Shown in pieces: positions 51,444-60,933 of a stretch of 64,000 nt of DNA. The DNA is from an uncultured Actinomycetota bacterium (GTDB lineage Bacteria > Actinomycetota > Actinomycetes > S36-B12 > UBA10799): contig CAWFSJ010000001.1 in NCBI GenBank assembly GCA_963818505.1, positions 372,348-436,347 of the forward strand, written 5' to 3'. The position numbers and the translations under genes are program-made. Position 1 is the stretch's first letter. Every line of letters starts with the position of its first letter. Below the pieces are notes generated by a model. That model was not told where the DNA came from and searched no databases. It saw nothing but the letters and a program-made list of their open reading frames with translations.

Positions 51444-52279
51444 TGGTTCTCCTCCGACATCCAGACGAAAAGGCGGTCGCGCGTGGCGGGGGTGCGCGCC
51501 TGGGGGCAGAGAAGGTCATGATCGCGCTTGGTGTCCCACCATTGGGCCACGAGGATGTTGCCACCCTGCACCGAACTCACACGGCACATCCGCCGAGCAT
51601 CTGAGTAGTCGGTCTGGGACCACGGATGCCCGCCGGCCGTGCGCCACTCGGGCAGGCCGTAACGGGCGGAGCCGATGATGTCTCGCCAGGGACCCGGTGA
51701 GGTGTAGAAGCCGACGTCAAGACCGGCGTCGTTGTAGCCGCGCAGGACACCATCGAGGACCGCCTTGTTGCGCTTCGGTTTCGAGGTCCAGGGCGCCACG
51801 GGATAAGGCTCGACATCGACCCAGATGAAGGTATTGGTGAGACCGACTCGTTGCATGGTCGCCATGTTGAAAGCGGCCTGCGCGTATCCGGTGTTCCGCA
51901 GTCGGTTCGCTCCCGATGTCGGCGACCAGGGCCCGTCCGCGCCGAATTCCTTGATCTGTTTGGCCTTGGGGAAGGTGGTCATGGCGTAGGTGCCCACCCA
52001 CATTCCGCGCTGCTTGGCCCAATTGACCTGGCGCACGATGCAGGGGTTGGGGTAGAAGCCGGGGCCGTTGGTGAGCCCCAGGATCACGAATTTGGCATCG
52101 GCCTTCGGCATGGGCAGGCCTTTGGTCCGCCGCGACGGGATACCCATCCCTTTCGGACAGTTCGGCCAGGAGGCATCAGCACCCTTTACGGGGATTCCAT
52201 CGGGGTCCGCCGCAGTGACGGGGGTCGCCGGACCGGCCAGCGTCCCGAGCAGGACAACCACGGTCAACAACCATTTCAC
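51440..52279 (-). CDS. Secreted GH25-like/DUF1906 TIM-barrel hydrolase
   Basis: GADASWPNC, NPC, WVDVE, VGFYTS; signal peptide. Confidence 0.7.
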   Translation of the reverse strand: MKWLLTVVVLLGTLAGPATPVTAADPDGIPVKGADASWPNCPKGMGIPSRRTKGLPMPKADAKFVILGLTNGPGFYPNPCIVRQVNWAKQRGMWVGTYAMTTFPKAKQIKEFGADGPWSPTSGANRLRNTGYAQAAFNMATMQRVGLTNTFIWVDVEPYPVAPWTSKPKRNKAVLDGVLRGYNDAGLDVGFYTSPGPWRDIIGSARYGLPEWRTAGGHPWSQTDYSDARRMCRVSSVQGGNILVAQWWDTKRDHDLLCPQARTPATRDRLFVWMSEENQ

Positions 52280-52358
52280 GATCTCTACCTCCGGCAATGC
52301 CTCTCCAGAAGGGTACTCCAACGCCCGCTTGCGGTCGGTCGGCACTACTGTGGGGCCC

Positions 52359-53201
52359 ATGTTCGCCGGTATCGAGACCGGAGGCACGAAGACCGTCTGC
52401 GCTGTCGGTAGCCCTGATGCGATCGTGGCTCGTACCCAATTGCCGACCGGCTCCGACCCTCAACTGCTGATCCAGGCGTGTGCCGAATTCATAAGCCGAT
52501 ACCCGGTTGACGTGGTCGGCCTGGGGTCCTTCGGTCCATTCGACACAGACCCTGCCTCCCCCACGTTCGGCCATGTCACTACGACGCCGAAACCTGGCTG
52601 GGCGGGCGCCGACGTCGTCGGCCTGTTGCAGCGACTGTTACCTGGCGTGCCGATCGCAATCACGTTGGATGTGTCTGCGGCCGCACTGGGCGAGTCGCAC
52701 TACGGGGCCGGCCGGGGTGTCTCGTCCATGGTGTACCTCACCATCGGGACCGGAATCGGCGCCGGCGTCGTGGTTGATGGCAGGTTGGCCGCGGGCACCC
52801 GCCATCCGGAGGCGGGCCACATGCTGGTTCCCACCTCTGGTTTCGCCGGGGTGTGCCCCTACCACGGCGACTGCCTCGAGGGCCTGGCCAGTGGGCCGGC
52901 CCTGGCCGCAAGGACCGGTCGACCTGCCCAAGAGTTGCCCGACGATCACCCGGTCTGGCCGCAGCACGCGGCACTGGTGGCACGAGGTCTACACAACCTC
53001 GCGCTGACGTACAGGCCGCAGCGTGTTGTCCTGGGCGGCGGAGTGGGTAGCCGTGATGTCCTGCACCGTCTGGTGCCCCCGCTGCTGCGCGAATCCCTCA
53101 AGGGGTACATCCCGGTGCCTGATCTGATGCCGCCCGCTCTCAGAAGCGACGCCGGCGTCATCGGCGCGCTGTGCCTGGCGCGCGATCACAGCCAGGGCTG
53201 A
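52359..53201 (+). CDS. ROK-family fructokinase
   Basis: [37 protein letters not shown]. Confidence 0.9.
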   Translation: MFAGIETGGTKTVCAVGSPDAIVARTQLPTGSDPQLLIQACAEFISRYPVDVVGLGSFGPFDTDPASPTFGHVTTTPKPGWAGADVVGLLQRLLPGVPIAITLDVSAAALGESHYGAGRGVSSMVYLTIGTGIGAGVVVDGRLAAGTRHPEAGHMLVPTSGFAGVCPYHGDCLEGLASGPALAARTGRPAQELPDDHPVWPQHAALVARGLHNLALTYRPQRVVLGGGVGSRDVLHRLVPPLLRESLKGYIPVPDLMPPALRSDAGVIGALCLARDHSQG

Positions 53202-54562
53202 TGCCAGCCGCCCCAGTGGCGGATCATGGAGTCGGCGGCTTCCGGACCCCAACTGCCGGGCTGGTACTGCTGCACCGGGGGCGGCTGATCCAGCAGCGGC
53301 TGCACGATCCGCCACGTCTCCTCCACGGAGTCCTGGCGGGTGAAGTTCGACTGATCCCCACGCAAGGCCGCGTAGAGGAGCTCCTCGTACGGTGTGGGAC
53401 CCGCGCCGCCCTCGTCGGCGAAGTCCATGTCCAGATGGATCTGGCGAAGAGCGTCGTCGTCAGGGTCACGCGCGTTCAGCACCAGTGACGACCCGGAGTT
53501 GGGGTCGATGCGCAGAACCATCTGGTTGGCGGCCAACTTGTGGTTCTTGGAGGTGAACCGCAGCGTCGGAGCCCGCTTGAAGACCAGGCGCACTTCCGTG
53601 ACCTTCTCCGGCAGGCACTTGCCCGTCCGGATGAAGAACGGCACACCGGCCCAGCGCCAGTTGTCGATGTCCACGCGCAGCGCCACGTACGTCTCGGTGG
53701 TCGAATCGGGCGCTACTCCGTCCACATCGCGATAGCCGACGTACTGACCGCGCACGCAGCGGGATGGATCGATGTCCGGCATCGACTGGAAGACGTCCCA
53801 CTTGCGGTCGTTGACGATGTCCAGGCTGTGCCCGGATGGCGGTTCCATCGCGACCATGCTCAGCACCTGCATCAGGTGGTTCTGGACGACGTCGCGCAAG
53901 GCTCCGACGTCGTCGTAGAAGGAACCACGGTCAGCGACATCCAGATCCTCGGCCATCGTGATCTGGACGTTGTCGACGTACTTGTTGTTCCACAAGGGTT
54001 CGAGCATCACATTGGCGAAACGCAGGTGCAGGATGTCCTCGACGGACATCTTCCCCAGGAAGTGGTCGATGCGGAAGATCTGCGGTTCCTCGAGGTACTG
54101 ATGCAAGGTCGAGTTGAGTTGCTGGGCTGAGGCTGTGTCGTGCCCGAACGGCTTCTCGATCACGACCCGTGAGTTGTCCGTCAGGCCTACACCGTTCAGG
54201 CCCTCGACGACCATCGCGAACAGGGATGGGGGCACCTCGAGGTAGAACATGGGCGACTCAGCGGTGCCGATCGTCGCTTTCACCTTCGCATACGTGGAGC
54301 TGTCCGCGAAGTCGCCGCTGACGTAGGAAAGCCGGGCCGCGAACCGGTCGAACACGGCCTCGTCCAAGTCGATACCGGCATCCACCACACACTTGCGGGC
54401 ATGGCGCACCAAGTGGTCCAGACTCCAGGCGTCTGCTGCCACACCCACCACAGGCACGTCGAGTCGGCCCGCAGCTTCCAGCAGGTAGAGCGACTTCAGG
54501 GTCATCCTCTTTGCCAGATCCCCGGTTATCCCGAAGACGACCAGTGCATCCGAGGCAGTCAC
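53186..54562 (-). CDS. zwf: Glucose-6-phosphate dehydrogenase
   Basis: [38 protein letters not shown]. Confidence 0.96.
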   Translation of the reverse strand: MTASDALVVFGITGDLAKRMTLKSLYLLEAAGRLDVPVVGVAADAWSLDHLVRHARKCVVDAGIDLDEAVFDRFAARLSYVSGDFADSSTYAKVKATIGTAESPMFYLEVPPSLFAMVVEGLNGVGLTDNSRVVIEKPFGHDTASAQQLNSTLHQYLEEPQIFRIDHFLGKMSVEDILHLRFANVMLEPLWNNKYVDNVQITMAEDLDVADRGSFYDDVGALRDVVQNHLMQVLSMVAMEPPSGHSLDIVNDRKWDVFQSMPDIDPSRCVRGQYVGYRDVDGVAPDSTTETYVALRVDIDNWRWAGVPFFIRTGKCLPEKVTEVRLVFKRAPTLRFTSKNHKLAANQMVLRIDPNSGSSLVLNARDPDDDALRQIHLDMDFADEGGAGPTPYEELLYAALRGDQSNFTRQDSVEETWRIVQPLLDQPPPVQQYQPGSWGPEAADSMIRHWGGWHQPWL

Positions 54563-55038
54563 GGCGCTGGGTGCTCCGTCACGTTCTGCAAGTACAGGGC
54601 CTCGCCGAGTCTCTCGAGTAGTTCGAGTTGGGTCTCCAGGTAGTCCACGTGCGTCTCCTCGTCCGCCAGGATCGTCTCGAAGATCTTCGCGGAGGTGACG
54701 TCTCCCACCGAGCGCATGTAGTCGATGCCGGCACGTAGCCGCTGCAGTGCCTCAACCTCGATCTGCATGTCGGCGGCGAACTGCTCGGGCACGGTCTGGC
54801 CGATCCGAACCGTCCCGAGACGCTGCAGGTTGGGAAGGCCTTCGAGGAACAGGATTCTGTCGATGAGCACCTGCGCATGACGCATCTCGTCGATGGATTC
54901 GTGCTCGGTGTACGCAGCCAGCTTGGTGAGCCCCCAGTTGTGCTGCATGCGCGCATGCAGGAAGTACTGGTTGATGGCGGTGAGTTCCGCGGTGAGCTGG
55001 TCGTTCAGGTAGGTGATGACTTGTTGGTCGCCTCGCAT
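54559..55038 (-). CDS. bfr: Bacterioferritin
   Basis: [35 protein letters not shown]. Confidence 0.97.
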   Translation of the reverse strand: MRGDQQVITYLNDQLTAELTAINQYFLHARMQHNWGLTKLAAYTEHESIDEMRHAQVLIDRILFLEGLPNLQRLGTVRIGQTVPEQFAADMQIEVEALQRLRAGIDYMRSVGDVTSAKIFETILADEETHVDYLETQLELLERLGEALYLQNVTEHPAP

Positions 55039-55059
55039 GGCCGTAAGGCTATCTGCGCA

Positions 55060-55245
55060 TCAGGACCGACTGCTCATCAGATTGGACTCGAGGTCAGACA
55101 CTCGGGCGCACAAGGTCTCGCGGCACGAACCGCACCCGGTCGAGGCCCCGGTGTGCTCGGCGATGGAGTCCGCGCAACGGTTGCCCAGGTCGAAGGCGCG
55201 CTGAACGTCGGTGTCTGTCACGGCGTGGCAAATGCACACGTACAT
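55060..55245 (-). CDS. bfd: Bacterioferritin-associated [2Fe-2S] ferredoxin
   Basis: MYVCICHAV...CGSC; GGAGG RBS. Confidence 0.93.
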   Translation of the reverse strand: MYVCICHAVTDTDVQRAFDLGNRCADSIAEHTGASTGCGSCRETLCARVSDLESNLMSSRS

Positions 55246-55266
55246 CCCCTGGGACCTCCTCAGTAG

Positions 55267-55285
55267 TTAGGTATACCTTACCTAA
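55267..55285. promoter_or_regulatory. IdeR/DtxR iron box
   Basis: TTAGGTATACCTTACCTAA, a close match to the 19-bp TTAGGTTAGCCTAACCTAA consensus, 21 bp upstream of bfd. Confidence 0.88.
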
Positions 55286-55395
55286 GAACTTACCGTCTCG
55301 CGATACCCGTCAGGATCCGATGCCAAACCAGGCTCACCAAGCGAAAGCGGGAGGGCGCCACCGGGCGCGCTGACATCAACTGCGCTAATGGGTCC

Positions 55396-55863
55396 ATGCA
55401 GATCCGTGTGGCCAACCCCGAAGACGTCGCGTCGATGGTGGCATTCGTCCACGATCTCGCGCAGTACGAGCGGGAACCGGATGCGGTGAAGATGAGCAAC
55501 GAACAACTGCACGTCGCATTGTTCGAGGCACCGGTCCATCTCTTCGCCCATGTGGCCGAGCAGGACACCCACGTGATCGGGATGGCCATCTGGTTTCTGA
55601 ACTTCTCCACCTGGGAGGGCACTCACGGCATCTACCTCGAGGACCTCTACGTCCACCCGGGAGCCCGAGGGCAGGGGGCGGGCAAGGCACTTCTGTCGGC
55701 TTTGGCCGGCATCTGCGTCGAACGCGGGTATGCCCGACTCGAGTGGTCGGTCCTGGACTGGAACGAGCCGGCCCTGGGCTTCTACCGCAGCATCGGCGCT
55801 GTAGGCATGGACGAGTGGACCGTCCAACGCTTGGACGGTCCGGCGTTGCAGGCTTTGGCTTAG
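55396..55863 (+). CDS. GNAT acetyltransferase (polyamine SSAT-like)
   Basis: FSTWEG, YLEDLYV, RGQGAG, WSVLDWN..A..FY. Confidence 0.9.
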   Translation: MQIRVANPEDVASMVAFVHDLAQYEREPDAVKMSNEQLHVALFEAPVHLFAHVAEQDTHVIGMAIWFLNFSTWEGTHGIYLEDLYVHPGARGQGAGKALLSALAGICVERGYARLEWSVLDWNEPALGFYRSIGAVGMDEWTVQRLDGPALQALA

Positions 55864-56885
55864 ACCTCCGGCAAGGGCCGGGATGGCCGGTCGGCCGGCG
55901 CCGCTCGACCGGCGATCGCGGCGGCCACGCGGTGGCCATGATCATGGCAGTTCTCGATGAACACCCCGAACCTGTCCTGCGTCCCGGCGGTGGCCGTGCC
56001 CACGACGAAGACGCCGGGCACGTCGGTTGCCATCGTCGCTGCGTCGAACACGGGCGCAGACTGCGGACCGGCGATCCCCACCCCGAGCATGTGGAAGATC
56101 TGCGGGTCCTGGAGATAACCGATCTGGGTGATGACGTCGTCCACCTGCACGAACGCTCCGCCCCGTAGCCGGATACCGTCAGTCGTGATTTCGGTGATCT
56201 CGTCGGGCATGTGGCCGACGATCCGTCCTTCGGCCAACAGTGACTCCACCTCTGGGCGCAGCCAGAACTTGACGCGTTCGTGCAGGGCGCGACCGCGATG
56301 GATCAGATGAACCTGCGCGCCGACCCGGTAGCAGCGCAGCGCGGATTCGGCTGCCGAGTTCCGGCCGCCCACAATTGCGACGCGACGTCCGGCGTATCGA
56401 TGCGGATCGTCCAGATGGTCGCGAACATGCCCTAGGCCCTCCCCCGGCACACCGAGGCGCCTTGACGCGTGGGTGCCCCCTGTCGCAAGGACCAACCATC
56501 TGGCGGCGAATACCTCACGTTGTCCGGACAGCGTCCGCGTGAACAGCCGCCCGTGCTCCGGCTGCGCCCCGACGACGTCGGTGAAGGTGCGCAGACGAAT
56601 GCCCATTGTGGCGACGTACTGGCGCAAGTAGGCCAGGTACTGCTCACCGGTGAGTTTCTCCTGGGATGGCGCCACGATCGCGCAGCCGCTCAGTTCGAGC
56701 CTCTCCGGGGACGTGAAGAAGCGGGTATGGGCGGGGAACGTCCGGGCGATCGTGGCTCCGATCGGACCTGCGTCCAGGACCGTGACGTCCAAGCCGTCGG
56801 CCATCAGGATCGCGGCGGTCTCCAGGCCGATGGGTCCGGCCCCCACCACAAGCACGTCCGAGCGAAGTTCCTCCACGAAGCGCAA
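55860..56885 (-). CDS. YpdA/Bdr-like NAD(P)/FAD oxidoreductase
   Basis: GAGPIG, FP..TRFFTSPERLEL, GGRNSA, FIEN...HG; no CxxC. Confidence 0.8.
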   Translation of the reverse strand: MRFVEELRSDVLVVGAGPIGLETAAILMADGLDVTVLDAGPIGATIARTFPAHTRFFTSPERLELSGCAIVAPSQEKLTGEQYLAYLRQYVATMGIRLRTFTDVVGAQPEHGRLFTRTLSGQREVFAARWLVLATGGTHASRRLGVPGEGLGHVRDHLDDPHRYAGRRVAIVGGRNSAAESALRCYRVGAQVHLIHRGRALHERVKFWLRPEVESLLAEGRIVGHMPDEITEITTDGIRLRGGAFVQVDDVITQIGYLQDPQIFHMLGVGIAGPQSAPVFDAATMATDVPGVFVVGTATAGTQDRFGVFIENCHDHGHRVAAAIAGRAAPADRPSRPLPEV

Positions 56886-56917
56886 CCATACTCACCAGTA
56901 ATCCACCGAACGGACCG

Positions 56918-56931
56918 TTACCCGCGGGTAA
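56918..56931. promoter_or_regulatory. Perfect 14-bp palindrome
   Basis: TTACCCGCGGGTAA between the divergent ypdA-like gene and the peptide ORF. Confidence 0.45.
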
Positions 56932-57002
56932 GGGTTGGCAGGGGTCGCTCAACGTGAACTGATGGGGGCGGAGGCCAACAGACCGCAACGAGAGGCAAGA
57001 AC

Positions 57003-57119
57003 ATGAACGCATTCACACCCCCCGAGGTTTTCGATCTCGGAACCGACGAATTGGCGACCAGCAGCACCCTCGAGCACGTCAGCGACGGGGTGGAGCAGTT
57101 CGAAGCAGCTTCGGAGTAG
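57003..57119 (+). CDS. 38-aa lasso-peptide-precursor-like small protein
   Basis: MNAFTPPEVFDLGTDELATS-STLEHVSDGVEQFEAASE; GAGAGG RBS; ends 3 bp before the convergent antiporter stop; below the ORF-track length cut-off. Confidence 0.7.
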   Translation: MNAFTPPEVFDLGTDELATSSTLEHVSDGVEQFEAASE

Positions 57120-57122
57120 CCC

Positions 57123-58292
57123 CTACCTCGCCGCGGCCGGCTCGGCGACCCACGGTCGAGCCAGACTGTCTGCGAAGCGGGTGATGATCGGTCCGCCGAC
57201 GGCCAGCAGCAGCACGTAGGTGGTCGCCAGCGGTCCGACATCGGTGAAACCCGCACTCACCGCCAGACCAGCGATCACCACACTGAACTCACCACGTGCG
57301 ATCAAGACCGTGCCCGCCCGCATCCGACCTTTGGGGGCAGCACCCTGGCGACCCGCGGCGTACCACCCCGTGATCACCTTGGTGAGCGCGGTGACGACCG
57401 CGAGCAGAACTGCCTCGGGCAGGACGCCGGGGATCGCGGACAACGTCGTCTGGCTGGCGAAGGCAAGGAAGAACACCGCCGCGAAGAGGTCGCGAAGTGG
57501 GCTCATCACCCGCCGCGCCCGCTTCGCAGCACCTGCCGGTATCGCCAAGCCGACCAGAAATGCCCCGACCGCCGACGAGATCCCCGCCATCTCCGCCACA
57601 CCAGCCACGAGCAACGTCAGGCCGAGCACCCGCAGCAGAACCTGCTCGTCGTCCTCATGGTTGATCAGCCGTTCGGCCAGGCGCTCACCTCGCTGGGCGA
57701 TCAGAATCACCAGGACGACCGCGACCACTGCGAGAACAGCGCCCACCCCACCTGCCAGAAGCCCACCGCCCACCAGTGCCACTCCCAAGACCGGCAGGTA
57801 AGCGGCCATCGCGACATCCTCGAGGACCAGGATCGACAGCACCGCAGGGCTCTCCCTGTTACCCAGGCGCCCCAGATCCCCCAACACCTTCGCGACGATC
57901 CCGGAGGAGGAAACCCAGGTGATCCCGGCAAGGGCCGCGCACGCGGCGGGGTCCATGCCCAATGCCAGCCCCATGATGAAACCCGGAGGAGCATTCAGCA
58001 CGAAATCCACCACCCCGCTGGGGGCATGCCTTCGGATAGACGCGGTGAATTCCTCGGCGGAGAACTCCAGGCCCAGCGCCAGCATGAGCAGGACCACCCC
58101 GACCGCCGCTGCGGAATCGAGGAACGGTTCGGCACTTGTGAGCTCGACCGGGCCACCTTCGGCAATCACAAGCCCGGCAAGCAGGAACAAGGGAGCTGTC
58201 GACAGCCCGATCCGCAGAGCGAGCGCACCGGACAGGCCGAGCAGGATGAACAGGAAGCCCAGCTCGATGAGGAAAGCGGGCTCGCCCTTCAT
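57123..58292 (-). CDS. CPA2 cation:proton antiporter (KhtU-like)
   Basis: LGLEFS, SSSGIVAK, RLGNRE, LVLED, RGEFS. Confidence 0.92.
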   Translation of the reverse strand: MKGEPAFLIELGFLFILLGLSGALALRIGLSTAPLFLLAGLVIAEGGPVELTSAEPFLDSAAAVGVVLLMLALGLEFSAEEFTASIRRHAPSGVVDFVLNAPPGFIMGLALGMDPAACAALAGITWVSSSGIVAKVLGDLGRLGNRESPAVLSILVLEDVAMAAYLPVLGVALVGGGLLAGGVGAVLAVVAVVLVILIAQRGERLAERLINHEDDEQVLLRVLGLTLLVAGVAEMAGISSAVGAFLVGLAIPAGAAKRARRVMSPLRDLFAAVFFLAFASQTTLSAIPGVLPEAVLLAVVTALTKVITGWYAAGRQGAAPKGRMRAGTVLIARGEFSVVIAGLAVSAGFTDVGPLATTYVLLLAVGGPIITRFADSLARPWVAEPAAAR

Positions 58293-58777
58293 CAGTCTGT
58301 GTTCTCGATGAGTGTGTGGACTCTGCGAACGCCCGACGAAGTCCCGATCACCACCAGGATGTCGCCGGCCAGCAGGATCTGTTCGGGCAGTGGTGACGAG
58401 ATGACCTCTTCACCACGGACCACGGCCACGATGCTGGCACCGGTGAGGGTCCTGCAGTGCGTCTCGCCCAAGGTCTGCCCCACGAAGGGCGACGTGGAAG
58501 GAATCCTGATCTTCTCGGTGTGCAGCCCCGGGATCTCCCGGGTGAGATCGGCGAGCTTGCGTGCGAATCTCGGCGCTCCCAGGATCTCCGAGATGATCTC
58601 CCCCTCCTCCTGGGTCAGGCGAGACACCGTCGAGGCGGCATCAGGGTCATCGCGGGCGAACTCGACGATCTCCGAGCCACCGTCGCGGTAGACGATCAGG
58701 CCAAGATGCTGGCCCGCAGCGGTGACGAGTTCGTAGCGGATCCCCACGCCCGGCAAGAGTGTCTCGGAAACCTCCAT
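58292..58777 (-). CDS. Antiporter regulatory subunit with a TrkA-C domain (KhtT-like)
   Basis: ETLLPGVG.RY, TGASIVAVVRG, GDILVVIGT. Confidence 0.9.
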   Translation of the reverse strand: MEVSETLLPGVGIRYELVTAAGQHLGLIVYRDGGSEIVEFARDDPDAASTVSRLTQEEGEIISEILGAPRFARKLADLTREIPGLHTEKIRIPSTSPFVGQTLGETHCRTLTGASIVAVVRGEEVISSPLPEQILLAGDILVVIGTSSGVRRVHTLIENTD

Positions 58778-58878
58778 GTCCTCATCGTGCCGTACACCGC
58801 GGCCGGTCAACACCCGAATGGCTCGCGTGCGCAGCCCTGCAGACTCGCCGACCTCAACCTCACGCATATGCATGCCGA

Positions 58879-58894
58879 TGTGTGTTATGTCACA
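58879..58894. promoter_or_regulatory. CRP/GlxR-like site
   Basis: TGTGT-GTTATG-TCACA versus consensus TGTGA-N6-TCACA. Confidence 0.5.
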
Positions 58895-58953
58895 GTGGTT
58901 CGGTTGCTTGATCAACCACCGACCCGATAACGTCCAGCGACGTGGAGTGTGAA

Positions 58954-59721
58954 ATGCGAGTGATGTCGGTCGCCGCAGCCCTTGCGGTGTCGATCGGCGG
59001 CCTCACGGCCCCGGCTATCGCCGACAGTGGACCCGCCGACCCGTTCAAGGAGATCTCCACCAAGCCCGTTCGCGAGACGACCACCCTGAAGGGTTTCAAA
59101 GCATCTGTTCGAACCACCGTCGACGGCACGGTGCACCGCAACCGACTGCAGGTGATCGGGGGCACCCCCCGCAAGGTGCAGGTGCAGTACAGCAGCGACG
59201 GGACCACGTGGGTGACTGCGCGCACAAGGACGACGGATGAGAACGGCAGCGTGCGGGTGGCCATGGACGTGGCCCCCGACCGCAACCGGTGGCGAGTCTT
59301 CGTGCCTGCCACCGAGGACCACACAAAGGCCCGTTCGGGAATCAAGACCTTCGCTGTTCAGGAACCCGAGAGTGAGTCGACAACCCCGCCGTTCCCGTCC
59401 ATCACCACCTCGCAGATCGAAGCCAACAAGGCGTACGCCCGTGTCTACATCCTCAGCACCTACGGCTGGGGCGACGACCAATGGGTGTGTCTTGAACAAC
59501 TGTGGACCCGTGAGTCCGGCTGGAATCACCTGGCTGTCAACCCGAGTTCAGGGGCCACCGGAATCCCCCAGTCGCTGCCTGGCGACAAGATGGCCACGGC
59601 CGGGGCTGACTGGCGCACCAACCCGCAGACCCAGATCCGCTGGGGTGCCTCCTACATAAAAGGTCGTTACGGCGATCCCAAGGGTGCCTGGGCGCACTTC
59701 ACGACGAAGAACTGGTACTGA
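58954..59721 (+). CDS. Secreted lytic transglycosylase-like protein
   Basis: Signal peptide; QWVCL..LWTRESGWN..A.NPSSGA.GIPQSLP..KM...YIKGRYG...NWY. Confidence 0.9.
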   Translation: MRVMSVAAALAVSIGGLTAPAIADSGPADPFKEISTKPVRETTTLKGFKASVRTTVDGTVHRNRLQVIGGTPRKVQVQYSSDGTTWVTARTRTTDENGSVRVAMDVAPDRNRWRVFVPATEDHTKARSGIKTFAVQEPESESTTPPFPSITTSQIEANKAYARVYILSTYGWGDDQWVCLEQLWTRESGWNHLAVNPSSGATGIPQSLPGDKMATAGADWRTNPQTQIRWGASYIKGRYGDPKGAWAHFTTKNWY

Positions 59722-60370
59722 CCCTGCGCGGGCCCGCAGCGCTGGGCAGCGTTGCGTTGTCGCCCAGGTACTCCACGGACACCTGAGTGACCCGCTTGGG
59801 GCTCACGAACCGGTAACGTCCGTCCTTGCGCGCGTAGGTGCGACCGAGTACGCGCCACCGCCCGTTCTTGAACCCACTGACCTTCACAGTCGCCCGGCCT
59901 GCCCAGGAGCCAGCCAGAACCTCTCCGCGGACCCGGGTGCCAACAGGAGTACGCCGGGCAACGTCGATACTCGCCGTGGTGACGGCCTTGCTGACAAGGA
60001 AACCGACCGCGAAGTCCACTGTCGACAGTCCGATCCTGCCCGTGACCTTCGCAGTCCAGGGACCACCACTGTCGGCGGGGCACAGCAGGAGGCTCCCACC
60101 GATCGACTCGGTGCCGAAACCGGCGAACGCCACCGCGTCCAGCCTCGAACCGGCCGTGGGACCGGCCTGCACGGCCACCAGCCAGCCGACAAGATTGCCG
60201 GCCTTGGCGCTGACCGTCACAGGCTGGCTCACACATGCGTACCCGGGCCACACCAGGTCGTCAACCGACACGGTCAACCCATTACTGGAACCACTCCCGG
60301 CTTGTGCCGGTGAGGCAACGACCACCACAGCCGTCAAGCCCGCTAGGACTGCTCGCACAGTGCCCCACAC
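59699..60370 (-). CDS. Secreted hypothetical protein with a basic C-terminal domain
   Basis: Signal peptide ending SPAQA; GRW.VLG...KDGRYRF...YLGD pattern. Confidence 0.65.
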   Translation of the reverse strand: MWGTVRAVLAGLTAVVVVASPAQAGSGSSNGLTVSVDDLVWPGYACVSQPVTVSAKAGNLVGWLVAVQAGPTAGSRLDAVAFAGFGTESIGGSLLLCPADSGGPWTAKVTGRIGLSTVDFAVGFLVSKAVTTASIDVARRTPVGTRVRGEVLAGSWAGRATVKVSGFKNGRWRVLGRTYARKDGRYRFVSPKRVTQVSVEYLGDNATLPSAAGPRRVSTSSSS

Positions 60371-60382
60371 TAGTCCTGTGAC

Positions 60383-60868
60383 TCAGGGCGTTGGGCCTTT
60401 GTCACGCACAGTGCGCACCGATTCCATGGCGTCCTGGAGTTCCTTGAGCCATTCGGCCTCGTGCTGACCCACGAGTCGCACGCACCAGGCCAGCGCATCC
60501 GAGCGCGACCGAGCCACCGACGCCGCGACCAGGGTGTCGAGCACGACTCGGTCGTCCTGACGCAAACGGGTCATGACCGGGACACTCAGGCGCGTGAACA
60601 TCGTCTGCGTTCGGGCGCATCGCGCACCCCAGGCCACCTTGCGACCCGTGGCGTGCTCGAGCTCACGAGCGATGCCGATCCGCTCATCGCGGGTGTCCTC
60701 ACGGAACCGGGTGATCCTGCCGGCAGCGGCGGTGTCATCGTCGAGTCCATCGCTGGGCAGCTGACCGATGATGCTGATCTCTTCGCGGTCCACGACCACC
60801 TCGAACTGCTCGAACCAGTCTCCAAGCCGACCGGTGAGCCATTTCTCAATCTGTTCTTGTGTAAGCAT
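60383..60868 (-). CDS. Conserved actinobacterial hypothetical protein
   Basis: VDREEI, FREDTR, PVMTRLRQ, RSRSDALAWCVRLV. Confidence 0.8.
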   Translation of the reverse strand: MLTQEQIEKWLTGRLGDWFEQFEVVVDREEISIIGQLPSDGLDDDTAAAGRITRFREDTRDERIGIARELEHATGRKVAWGARCARTQTMFTRLSVPVMTRLRQDDRVVLDTLVAASVARSRSDALAWCVRLVGQHEAEWLKELQDAMESVRTVRDKGPTP

Positions 60869-60933
60869 GTAATCACTGTTGCACGCAGGGCCCGGCCTGA
60901 CCAGCCGTGTTCACCGCGGGAAGAATCGAACGC

